A stretch of DNA of 64,000 bases from Antedon mediterranea (Eukaryota > Animalia > Echinodermata), in assembly GCF_964355755.1 (NCBI RefSeq), contig NC_092680.1, positions 14,021,045 through 14,085,044 of the forward strand, read 5' to 3'. Numbering within the stretch: position 1 is the first letter of the stretch; each line of letters opens with the position of its first letter. The notes beneath the pieces are model-generated. The model ran no database searches, had not been told where the DNA came from, and worked only from the letters and a program-made list of their open reading frames with translations. Both the position numbers and the translations under genes were made by a program. Below are positions 25,129 through 36,283 of the stretch, piece by piece.

Positions 25129-25169
25129 CTGTAAAGAGAGTCATCAATTTCATCAGCTGACGATGCCAT
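25129..25169 (-). CDS. UBA6: UBA6 first coding exon (MASSADEIDDSLY-S, phase 2)
   Basis: Minus strand reads cttag|GTAACCACAGATAAAAACAAG ATG GCA TCG TCA GCT GAT GAA ATT GAT GAC TCT CTT TAC AG|gtgtgt. It matches the E1 N-terminal motif EIDxxLYSRQ. The acceptor is at 25191-25192, so the exon including UTR is about 25129-25190. Confidence 0.92.
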
Positions 25170-25386
25170 CTTGTTTTTATCTGTGGTTACCTAAGCACAT
25201 TTGTAAAATAATAAAATAAAATCAATCCACAAGGAATGCAGCTCGAGAATCGTGTCCACCTTTATTATCCATCATCTATTATTATTCTCACATCTAAAAT
25301 GAACATAGGCCTACTGTGTAGGTAGGCCCGGTAGATTGATTTATCGGCATATATATTATTTACTGTACTTAAAAAATAATACTCCT

Positions 25387-25605
25387 TTTTCACGAAACGG
25401 AAGACATCTTCGATCGATGACAAACAATGCCGTGCAACAAAGCGTAACCAACAGAAATAACATAGCGTTTTCAGCCTATTTTCGGATGACAAGTTACTTA
25501 AAAATTCATAACTCCTTAACGGACAGTCGTATGTTTTCTGTTGGTTACGCTTTGTAGCACGGCATTGTTTGTCATCGATCGCAGATGTCTTCCGTTTCGT
25601 GAAAA
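25387..25605. mobile_element. foldback/MITE-like element with ~75-bp inverted arms
   Basis: TTTTCACGAAACGGAAGACATCT...AAAGCGTAACCAACAGAAA, then its reverse complement ending ...AGATGTCTTCCGTTTCGTGAAAA. Confidence 0.85.
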
Positions 25606-25687
25606 TCCGTATACAGTACCGATCAAGGTTTAAAAAAATGTCAACAGTATTATTAGAATTTCTAAAAACATAATGAGCGTTTTCATA

Positions 25688-25893
25688 GACTAGGCCTAGC
25701 CTGGCTGGTTAGCTAGCCCAGACCTAGCTAGGGTCTGGGCTATGCTCCTAGTAGGGCCTATGCCTACCTAGGCTTGCCTAGCCTATCCTAGGCCTCTAAA
25801 ATAGGCCTACTAGCCTAGGCCTAGTTAGGGCCTACCTATCTAAGAGGCCTAGGCCTAGCTAGGCCTGGCCTAGCCTAGGCAGGGCTAGGCCTG
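25688..25893. repeat. TAGGCCTA/CTAG low-complexity palindromic tract
   Basis: Dense overlapping AGGCCT, CTAG and GCCTA motifs over about 200 bp. Confidence 0.85.
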
Positions 25894-25969
25894 TAATGTA
25901 ATACGAAAAATGTCAATAATTAATTATAAATAGGCCTATGTCGGGTATTTAAATGAAAGAAGCAATTAC

Positions 25970-26085
25970 CTTACTACTAGGTAAATGACAATTTATTAGC
26001 CTATATCTCAGGCAAGCAATTTTTACTCTCGCACAAGCAGAAAGTTATCGAGCGAGAAAGATCGAAGTTCAGAGAAAAAAAGGGA
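25970..26085 (-). other. UBA6: probable non-coding first exon (5' UTR) of UBA6
   Basis: Donor AAG|gtaatt at 25970/25969 and no ATG in the segment. It is CpG-enriched and begins near a pyrimidine tract (CCCTTTTTTTCTCT on the minus strand), downstream of a CCAAT box. The 5' boundary is an estimate. Confidence 0.55.
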
Positions 26086-26460
26086 ATTTCCTCTTTACTG
26101 ATTAATCACATTGCCGAAGACTAATACTACAACTATTCTGATTGGCTCTTTGTTGAAACAACTCCTTTTTCTCAAATATTCTATCTAATCAAATGAACTC
26201 TCTGTACCATTAAATTGAGTTTAATTTTTTTTTAAATCATCAACTAATGTAATATATAAATGTTAAATTATTATTAGGTAATAATTAAAATTAAATATAT
26301 TTATACAAAAATATTTTGAAATATAAATAATTACTTCGAAAATTTATTTATTTAAATAAAGAACTATTGATAAATAGTGATTAGAAAATACACGGAACGA
26401 CAACGAGCAGACGACGGACTGTCTTAGCCCCGCCCATATTTTTAATTCATTGAAGGCGTG
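26080..26460. promoter_or_regulatory. probable bidirectional promoter between UBA6 and the MAP1-family gene
   Basis: Lies between divergent first exons. Contains CTGATTGG (CCAAT box, 26138-26145), GCCCCGCCC (Sp/KLF GC box, 26427-26435), GGGAATTTCC (26082-26091) and a very AT-rich central spacer. Confidence 0.6.
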
Positions 26461-26509
26461 AGATTTCTACTGTAAAAATCAGTCGTGTTTATGGTGTGTA
26501 TGTAGAAAC

Positions 26510-26645
26510 ATGGCTTGCTCACCTGACGCAAACATTGGATCTGTTTCTGGAGGATTTCCAGATTTAAAATACTCTGCTCTTATTGTAATCGGTGAACCTC
26601 TTTCAGAGGAATACATCGCTTTATCTTTAGAAGAAATCTCTAAAG
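26510..26645 (+). CDS. futsch: MAP1 family (MAP1A/1B/1S, futsch-like) microtubule-associated protein, coding exon 1: MACSPDANIGSVSGGFPDLKYSALIVIGEPLSEEYIALSLEEISK-G
   Basis: AAACATGG start context, 45 codons plus 1 nt, then a strong AAG|gtaagt donor. FPDLKYSALIVIGEPLSEEYIALSLEEISKG aligns with the remembered MAP1B N-terminus FLDSKFYLLVVVGEIVTEEHLRRAIGNIELG. Exon 2 was not found in the window. Confidence 0.85.
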
Positions 26646-28029
26646 GTAAGTTTTGTTGGTAGATACTTTTATGATTTTGCTAGCATATGAATGGATCTCA
26701 TGATCAAGATATTAATTACTATTATTAATCTGAGTAGAGCAAGTAGAAAGATCCCTTCATTGTCCACAATATTTCAGTTCTTGTCATATTTGGAATATTT
26801 GTAATCTCGTTAAAAATTAAACTAAAGATCAGTATCATTTTGTGTAGTTGAAACCCTCTGCCCAGATATTAGAACTAAAACAGGAATTATGTAATTGTAA
26901 AACAGGAGAAAAACTGATACTCATTTTCCGTATAATATGTCTACGCCCATTTGAACTTCCTTTACTGTATGCACCTTAAAATGATGGCCTAAAGAAAATT
27001 ATCTTAATATACTGCCTACTACAATGGATTTTTAATATTTATAAAGTTTTTGTTCAATTATTATGCAGAGGTCTACTTACAGTACATGTACCATATTTTA
27101 AAACATTTTTTCATTTATTTTTTCTAATTTTTTTTTAAATATTTAATAAAATAATGTCTAAAAAAAAATACTTTTACACACATTTTTTTTCTTATAATTT
27201 CGTCATTTACTTTTTAGGTATTGAAAGAAATTAAATTTTAGTTTCAGTCAAAAAATTTTCTGAATAAATTATACTGAAACCACGCCCAACCACATTAACA
27301 TCTGTTAGTATTTGGCCACAAAAACCCATGGATGGGCTTCACTGAAAACAGTCATGTTAGGTAGTATTTGAAACAACTATCGTGTTCATAAAATTAATGA
27401 TTGCTATTAAACAATTCATAATAATCATATTATTACTGAATAATAATAAATAATTTATTAATAACAATATTTATTATTTTACATAATTATTATACAAACT
27501 ATATTTAAGAACCCATATTATATATTCAAGACTTTTTTTCAAATTAATTATGATGAACAGATGTTCATTTAAGTATGCAAATTTTATAAATTAATGAAAT
27601 TTGCATCCCTATCTTTGGGTATAAATTAAAGGTAATACTATTTAGTGTTGTACATGATAAAAGTCAATAAATACAGTCAGTAGTGAGTGAGCCTTTTGTT
27701 TACAGATCTTGATGCTCACAATTGTGCATGACAAATTGGCCGTTACAAACATGGCTTAATTACACCAACTTGATTATTCACCACAAAAGGAGCTAACTTG
27801 ATTGCGTGTTGGTGTCTACTACCGGATACTGAGACACAATACAAAGCAAAATGATCAGGTGTGACCTTAAACACAAATAACAAAAGATTTAAACATCTAA
27901 CTGTTCAAAATGATGGTTTGACATTGATTGATATAATTGCTATTATTGACATGAATATAAGCCCATGGAGATATATAACCCAATATAGAAATATATTCTA
28001 GCAATCTATCCCATGCATTAATAGCACAC

Positions 28030-28240
28030 TCCTTAGTGCGTGTGTGTTTGTTAGCAGGATTACATAAAAAGTTATTGACAGATTGTGATTGACCACAGAT
28101 GGATATGTGGTCAAGGACCACTCCATTTAATTTTGGTGGCAATCCTGACTAGGGTCCCAATTCTGGACCACTTTTTATTATTATTTTCAGACCTGAAAAA
28201 AAATAAAAACAATCTTCAAAAGCCGGCGACCTGCTGTATT
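28030..28240 (+). mobile_element. degenerate short HINE/DINE-1-like element fragment
   Basis: GTGTGTTTGTTAGCAGGATTACATAAAAAGTTATTGACAGATT...CCATTTAATTTTGGTGGCAATCC resembles the core of widespread short Helentron-derived repeats (recalled, not searched). Confidence 0.5.
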
Positions 28241-29921
28241 ACTGAGCAGTAACGTTAGGTTCATATTAAAAAATGAAAAAATGTTATTAATGATCAAAAA
28301 TAATAATAAAATAAGGGCGGATTTAGGCGGGGCTAAACAGGCTTGCCCCCACTAAAATTTATCCGCCATGTCTTTTTAAAATAAAATAATGACTATTTTT
28401 ATTTTTCTGCAACCCGACGGACCATTTATATACTGTATATTTATATTATGCACCATTTACATACGATTTTATCAACAATTTTACAGGAAAAGGGGGTACA
28501 AATCAACATTAAAAATCTTTAAAATCTTTAAAATTTTTCAATGTTACGATCGGTAAAACGGATTAACCAATCAAATAGTTCATAAATTACGTCATCATTG
28601 TTTGTAAAAAAATACGTACGCGCTGACAATTCAGGGACGATGTTTTTTTGTTCTTTTAAAGTCTGATATTTCAAAATAACAAGTGTAAGTAAAACTAAAT
28701 TTTAATATAAGAACAATTTAATTTAATGTTTGTCTTTTGGTGTAAAGACTAGATTAAGATATCAGCAAAAACCTGTCGTAGGCCGGCTGGGTTGAAGCAT
28801 CAAAACCCGTAACTTTTTCAATTTTCACACGGGCCCGGCTGCGTGCGTGTGACCGGCCTTGGCTTTGCAAAACTTCACGTCCATGTGTCCAAGCAACGTC
28901 GAAAGAACCAAGAAACCATTAACGAACGCGTAATTGGCGACGGGGAAAAAAAAAAAGGCTTTATGCTAAAAAAAAAAAAACCAGTTCCGTATATTAAATA
29001 TGGTCTATAAAACCCACTATATTCAGTTAATTAAATGACAAGAATCAACTGGCCAAAACGCCTCAGATGCCATTTGCGGGCATCTAGAAAAAAAATCTAG
29101 ACGATTATATATCAAAAAATAATAAGGATGATGAAAAAAACAAATGTCCTCATCAGGATTTGAACCAGTGACGTCAACTGTGTAAGAATGAATATATTAT
29201 GCCAAACTCACAATCACAAAAGAAAACGAAAATAAAAGGTTGTAGTGTAGCCTAATGATATTGACCATCCTATGTACAGTAGGAGAATTATACTAATAGG
29301 TGGAGGTACTGTATGTACAGTACTCTTCAAGTGCCTTTCTAGTTATTACTGTATTTGGTCATAGGGGTCTGTCAAACATGACATTGTGTACAAGTAGGCT
29401 TACAACTGCTAGTCTGTATGGTAATAATCAATCCAAACTGAATATAACAGCATGTTTTATAAACAAAATGTGTTTTTCAATCACAAATATTGCATAAAGA
29501 AAGCACAAGGACAATTAAGTGATCCATGACATAGTTTTTGTTGACTTCTTGTTGATAATTTGTTTGATGAGGTCTATAAAGAGCTGACTCAAGGATTTAA
29601 AATATGATTATCATCATAACAAGGATATACTTACAATGAATATTAATTACAGAACATTAGATCCAGATGATAATTAGCATTATGAAATAATGAAGAATAA
29701 TAATTCTTTTTTTAATTTGATGAATTACAATTTTTTCACAAATGTGTTGATGTTTTTAATTTAATTTATTTTTTGTTTTTCCGCCTTTTTTTTTTTTCAA
29801 TTTGAAAAGAACATACAGCATTCTCTTTGTTTTAATGACATGGTCTGATTACATCAGTTTAAACATCAATATTTTTACAGAATAGATGGATATTATATAA
29901 AATATCATGCTCAAAAACTAA

Positions 29922-31005
29922 GGGTATGTTCAGACTCACGGCGTTAAAGTGGCGTTATGTAAGCGGCCTACATATTTTTGTGTATGAACTAGTCCGCGGA
30001 TTAGCGTTAGGGGGCTGTTACGCTGCGCTAGTGGCGTTCATAACCCTAGCAGGAGAGGGTAGATTTAATAATGCTAATCCAGTGATGCATCAGTGATTTT
30101 AGCCTTAACCAATTAAAAGAAACGACCGGTTAGAAGGCCAACAGTATACCTGTACAGCGAGATAGACCGGTTAGAAGGCCAACAGTATACCTGTACAGCG
30201 AGATAGACCGGTTAGAAGGCCAACAGTATACCTGTACAGCGAGATAGACCGGTTAGAAGGCCAACAGTATACCTGTACAGCGAGATAGACCGGTTAGAAG
30301 GCCAACAGTATACCTGTACAGCGAGATAGACCGGTTAGAAGGCCAACAGTATACCTGTACAGCGAGATAGACCGGTTAGAAGGCCAACAGTATACCTGTA
30401 CAGCGAGATAGACCGGTTAGAAGGCCAACAGTATACCTGTACAGCGAGATAGACCGGTTAGAAGGCCAACAGTATACCTGTACAGCGAGATAGACCGGTT
30501 AGAAGGCCAACAGTATACCTGTACAGCGAGATAGACCGGTTAGAAGGCCAACAGTATACCTGTACAGCGAGATAGACCGGTTAGAAGGCCAACAGTATAC
30601 CTGTACAGCGAGATAGACCGGTTAGAAGGCCAACAGTATACTTGTACAGCGAGATAGACCGGTTAGAAGGCCAACAGTATACCTGTACAGCGAGATAGAC
30701 CGGTTAGAAGGCCAACAGTATACCTGTACAGCGAGATAGACCGGTTAGAAGGCCAACAGTATACTTGTACAGCGAGATAGACCGGTTAGAAGGCCAACAG
30801 TATACTTGTACAGCGAGATAGCTAAACATCAAACTATCATGTTTTCAATTTTAAAGAACAGTAGGCTTACAGTTGAATCAGAGCGTTTCACGCAAAGCAT
30901 TGGAATGTTGATCGTTTTGTCTGAACACCTTGACTTTTAACGCCATTGACTACCGTACACCTTGCATTAGAAAACAAACCTAACGCAGTGAGTCTGAAAA
31001 TACCC
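29922..31005. mobile_element. PIF/Harbinger-like MITE with an internal minisatellite
   Basis: TIRs GGGTATGTTCAGACTCAC / GTGAGTCTGAAAATACCC, with TAA on both flanks (29919-29921 and 31006-31008). Confidence 0.88.
30124..30820. repeat. 41-bp minisatellite, 17 copies (GACCGGTTAGAAGGCCAACAGTATACCTGTACAGCGAGATA)
   Basis: 697 bp = 17 x 41. Copies are identical apart from one C>T variant in copies 13, 16 and 17. Confidence 0.97.
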
Positions 31006-31029
31006 TAAGTCTGAGAAAGAAACATGAAT

Positions 31030-31146
31030 CTGGTTGAACCCTGAACCAGGTCAGGATTGAATCCTGAACCAGGTCAGAATTGAACCCTGGACCCGGTCAG
31101 GATTGAACTGGGAGCTTGGGATTGGAAGGCAAGCATGTTAACCACT
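31030..31146 (-). mobile_element. degenerate tRNA-derived SINE head with a locally triplicated B-box region
   Basis: TGAACCCTGAACCAGGTCAGGAT occurs three times, then GGATTGGAAGGCAAGCATGTTAACCACT. It is reverse-complement similar to 41290-41370. Confidence 0.5.
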
Positions 31147-32666
31147 CTTTTTATTTAATAACTATACTGTCAAATATACAGTGTTTGAAAACTACAATAT
31201 ACTTTATTCTAATGATTAAATACAGATTGTTGAGTGAGACTGTACTGTAGTTCACTTTCTGTACTGTATTTAATATTCTTAATGAAAAAAATTGTTGCTT
31301 TTTAACATAAGCGATGAATCATTCTGACTGCTCAAACAAAATATGTTCGAGACTATTCGATTGCATGGCAAAGTTGAAATTCTCTGTTAATTGTCTCCTA
31401 CATTAATTCAGCTACATTAAATATGTCTGACATACAATAATTACTATTTAAAACCATTAATTTCATAGAGATGTAAACGATGATAAACAACTACAAATTT
31501 GAAAAAATAAAATGTTTCCAGTAGAATTAATTTTAAGATCAAAATGACACAAACCAATATTTAAATGGTGGGGTATGTATGGGCGTTGCTGCCCATCTTG
31601 GGGGCACAGTTCACAGATGATACCACTGGCTTGCAGGGGAATCCTAAAAATTGTAATCCTTTTCAAATTATGTTCTCCCCTCGAAGAGGAAAAGGCCTAC
31701 AGTATGTCGGTTTATCCAGTTAAGCTAGGCACAAAATAGACTTATCTGTTCGAAATAGACTTACCTGTTCGAAACAGACTTACCTGAATCCTCATAATCA
31801 TAATTTATTCAGAGTGGTTAAAAATATGCACAAACCGATCCTACCATAATCAATACAAACTTATTGAATACATTACATGGGTGTGCCTTAAACAGATTTA
31901 CATAATATGAAGCAATCTTACAGTACGTAGTCAGCTGTAGTTGAGGGTGATTGAAAATATTTTTTTCTGTGTTGTTATATAGTACTATAATTTACTTTCA
32001 GGTGTGCTTTCAGAAACTAACTATCATTCATTGTTTCACATGTATAAAAATACAGTATAACATTATTATTATAATATTATTATAAATGCTATGATATGTT
32101 GAGTCTTTTTATCGGCCATCACTTGCATGCTATTGGTGGAATCCCTGCTGCTCGTTGAAAGATCATTTAACAATTGAAGGATTTGCCTCCTATATTCCCT
32201 CTTACAGTACCTTCCACTGCCCACGTTGTTTTCTTGAATATAAGATTACAGTTTAGCCCCAATTTTTAAACATAATTAAACATTATTGGCAATTTTTAGT
32301 AAATTCTTGAAGTCCAATTGCTTCAAGTGTAAAGTCAATTATTGTAAATTGTTTGTGACAAACATAATTATGTCAGCAAATGAGCATTAATCAATATTTG
32401 GTTGATTATAGACTCTTCTTCTGTTTCACACTGGGTCGCTGCACTTCAGTTGTAATACATTTTCTTTTAAATTTCTATTTAAATAGCTACTATTGCAAAA
32501 TGTTGTAATTAAGAAAATCCAATGAGTCATTATGTAATCAATCCAGTGTTAAGACTAAACTCACCTGAGGTTGACTATGTAATTAAAGCTGTGTTCATTG
32601 AATTTAAGATTACATCAAACACCAACAGTTGACAAGGGAGTTCTGTAGACAATAAAGGAAGATTAA

Positions 32667-33296
32667 AGCCCCATTCCCTACGTTTTTTAGATCTAATTTA
32701 AGATCACAAACTATATTTAATGTAAAAATAATACTATATGGTCCTATTGCGATAACTTTTTTCGTCTTTAAACGGTTAAAAATGTGAAAAATAAATCGAT
32801 TTTAATAATTATAGCGGCCCGCTATAAATCCCAAAATGCATTGCGCGCGGATTGATATTGTTGTTTTTCACCTGTAATTCGCCCACTTTTCGATCGATCG
32901 TGAAGCCAAAACAAATGGAAGACTCCTAACTTTTCAGCGAAAATACTGGGTTTTCCCCAATTTGTATCAACGGAGTCTGGCAAAAATAGAAAGACAATTA
33001 ATGCAGCAACTATACAACGTCAGACTAGGTATATAGCTAGCGTACGATGTTCGTACGTTACCGATGTTTACCAGCTAGGCCTACAAAACTAAGCCTAGCT
33101 AGGCTAGGCCTGAGACCGTCCACGAGAGGTCGATCGCCGCGAGCTACTTAGGTAGTGCATTGTTTCTCACTTTTTATCATAATTTACCATAAAACGTACA
33201 TTTAAGACAAGGAATGACATGGTTTAATGTTTTTAAAGTGATATATATATATGTATTATTTTCCAAAAAACGTCCAAAATTGCAGGGAAGGGGTCT
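32667..33296. mobile_element. Kolobok-like MITE, complete copy
   Basis: TTAA on both flanks, AG...CT termini, and TIRs AGCCCCATTCCCTAC / GCAGGGAAGGGGTCT. Two more partial copies occur in the window. Confidence 0.85.
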
Positions 33297-33533
33297 TTAA
33301 TATACAGTATATACAGTACTATAGTGGAGAATTGCTTTGTTCATGAAATACCATTTTTTTTACAATTTGTTTTTTATGAATGTATATTTTTAAAGCATGG
33401 TATATTTATAATTGTAAGGGTCTGCTTCAAGAAAAATATTACAAGTACTGTATGAGTAGGTATTATATTTAGTTTCTTTATGCCTGTAATATGTTATAGT
33501 ATAAATTATTATTTTATAGTATATTATGTGAGT

Positions 33534-33775
33534 GAGTGTGGCCGAGCGGTTAAGACAGTGGAACCGAAATCCATAGCCATAACATTGGCAAGAGTTCGAG
33601 GCTCACTTGCTCCATGGTTCTGGTGGTAGAACAAGTCTTCTCGGATAAGGACTATAATAGGATACTGTAGGTAAAATATATAGGTCCAGTATATATCTGG
33701 CTCATGTGCACTTTAAAGAACCTAGTACATCTTTCGAGACGATTAGGGGGTTACCCCGGTGTACTAGTTCATTCA
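33534..33775 (+). mobile_element. tRNA-derived SINE with a Deu/Nin-like central domain
   Basis: A box TGGCCGAGCGG and B box AGTTCGAGGCT, then CTCGGATAAGGACTATAA...TGCACTTTAAAGAACCTAGTACA...AGGGGGTTACCCCGGTGT, resembling the Deu/Nin SINE core. Confidence 0.75.
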
Positions 33776-35822
33776 TACACACACAGGCAAAAAAACTTTT
33801 CGTTCATCTAAAAGTTGGAATGAACTTCCGAATGAATTAAAAATAAACTTTAAAAATATGTCGATAACTTCATTCCAAAATACAATTAATAAGCAACATT
33901 TTAACTAAGTTTTTGTATGTATATTTTTATAATTTTGATTATTCTTTGTCTTTACTTTTATGTTTGTTATGATATTTCCAATTACTGTACCACTTTAAAA
34001 GTGCCTGCAGAATAAATAAATAAATAAATATTCATACCAGACATTTTTACTGTAAGTGAATCAAGTCACTCTCTCAGTGGCAATAAATTTACCCCAATTT
34101 CTTGGCAGCAGAAACAGGACAAATTTTCAGTAACCGGTTAAATTGCAGGCTTAAAATAACGGTTAAAAACACACAATAAATTTGGTGTTAAAACGCCATT
34201 TAACCACTTATTGCTATGCAAGCTGCTACGCATAATAACAGTTATTTGATTGACAACTGCTGATCTGAGTCAATTACACTGTAGTAACGTTGGAATTGAC
34301 AGCCAGAACCCATTGCATTTTAAGTAATCATCTTAACTATTTTTGTCGATGACCACCCATTGATTCCAATGTTATGATCCTTGTTGTTGAAACAAATTAC
34401 TAAAACCAGTTTCTTAATAAAAGCCGTTTTTGGGGACTTTTTCAGCAGAAGTTGGCTAAATGACAGGCATGCAAGTCTTCTGTTTAAAACAGAGACATGA
34501 TATTGATACTGTTGGTTTAGATATTCAAAACAGGAATAAGCGATTCATATTTATTGGCTTTTGTTCAAGTTCTACAATCATAATAGCACTGTAACGATTT
34601 GTCAAAAGTTCAGGTACAGTACCTTTGCCAGGGCAATGCTTGACCCTGATCCTACTTTTCCAATGTAACTCAGGATATATATAACAAATTTTATTAAAGG
34701 ATTATCATAACTAAATTTGACAAATTACAATGCATTTTTTATTATACAGAATCACACACCACAGTAAGCCTACAGGGTAAATACACAACAACACTGTTAA
34801 CATATTTCCACCTCTACTTTGTGCCACCCTTTGCATTATGCACTAGCAATCGACTGGAAAAACATTTTAAATTAAAAATAAAGATCAAACAAACAATTAT
34901 AACTGCAAAATTAGAAGGCATAGGCCTATATTCCATCAAACCATCAGTCTTTTTCTTCCAATGCTATTCAAATAAATTATTAATTAATTAAATTTTTGAA
35001 AATTTATTAAATACTTAGGTCTGCTATTAAAGAAGTGATACATTCGGCAGTCCACTCCGGAGTCGAGATGTGTCCTCTTTGATTTCCCCTATGAGTACCG
35101 ATGATCTCACCGTTTCTCTAGAAAGTAGTAGCAGAATTAAATACATTACTAATAATATTTTTTTGGATAATTGCAATGGTAGATATAAAGAATTAAATAC
35201 AGTATACGGCAAAAGAGACCTTAAGAAGAAACAAACTTTCTCGCCGACGTGCCCTTATTAATATAACATCTTTATTCTGTTGTATGTGGTACGGTAGTAG
35301 GCCTAGATGTTTATTTTACAAATTAAATATAGTTTTACGTAAGAGTTCAATTCTCTGGTTTGTGGTACCCTAGGAAAAATCGATTTTTATTTTTTCAGCA
35401 GATAAAGCTTAAACAAGTTGGAACTGGTATTCGAGAAAGGAATTAAATGGTATTTGAGGAAATCACAATTGAGTTATGAGATTTGGCATAATAAATTGAA
35501 GCTTTTGATCATTAGAGGTTTTTGACAAACACAACTGAGATCATAGCAGGCTCTCTTTGAAATGGAATTCTGTATTCATACTCGAGTGCTAACGCATTTA
35601 AAAATAAAATTTCCTTTTTAAGATAAAACATTTTAAATATATCAGCACATTATTAACTATTTCTTTCATCTCATAACTCAATTAGCCACATATTTGCCAA
35701 TTTAGTGACACAGTTTATTGTATTGAAAGAAATATAGGACTATATAAGTGCTCTACAAAAGTATCTAGACTACACTATATGCAAATGTATGATACTGTAC
35801 ATAATGAGAAAGTGTGCTACAT

Positions 35823-36283
35823 TAGGGAGGATTCGCAACCTTACGAATACATTAACGAAAACGGATACGTCACACATTTGTGAAACTTTTGAGCTGATCC
35901 CCATTTCATATTCGTAAAGCGTATTCGTGTTGACGAATATCACCAGTCATATTCGTAACTACAAAACGAGTATAGTTTTTGATCTATTTTGCACATTTTG
36001 CATTTGAATCAGGAATGATTCATGATTATAATATAATTATAAATTTATTGAAAGTAATTTACTAAAGTAATTTACTAAAATGCCAGGCCTAGGCAGCCAA
36101 GCGCCAAGCGCCAAGCAACACGTACCTGCACTTCGCTCAAATTTACCGCAGTCATATTTTGGACGGCGCCCTCAATATTTCATTGCCATGCGAAACAGAT
36201 TTTTACTGGCTTACGAAAATGAATACGTGTGCGTGGCGTATCCGTTTTCGTTATCGTATTCGTAAGATTGCGAAACCTCTCTA
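35823..36283. mobile_element. unclassified MITE
   Basis: 28-bp imperfect TIRs TAGGGAGGATTCGCAACCTTACGAATAC / GTATTCGTAAGATTGCGAAACCTCTCTA and internal ACGAATA repeats. Confidence 0.8.

Noticed and set aside
17129-25169. Assignment of the E1 exons to UBA1 or SAE1
   Set aside because: RQRYMLGD..M.KMA.SHVFLSG matches UBA6 rather than UBA1 (RQLYVLGHEAM) or SAE1 (RQIRLWG).
30124-30820. CRISPR-like appearance of the 41-bp array (and the 70-bp array at 50233-51837)
   Set aside because: The units are head-to-tail with no unique spacers, there are no cas genes, and the context is eukaryotic.
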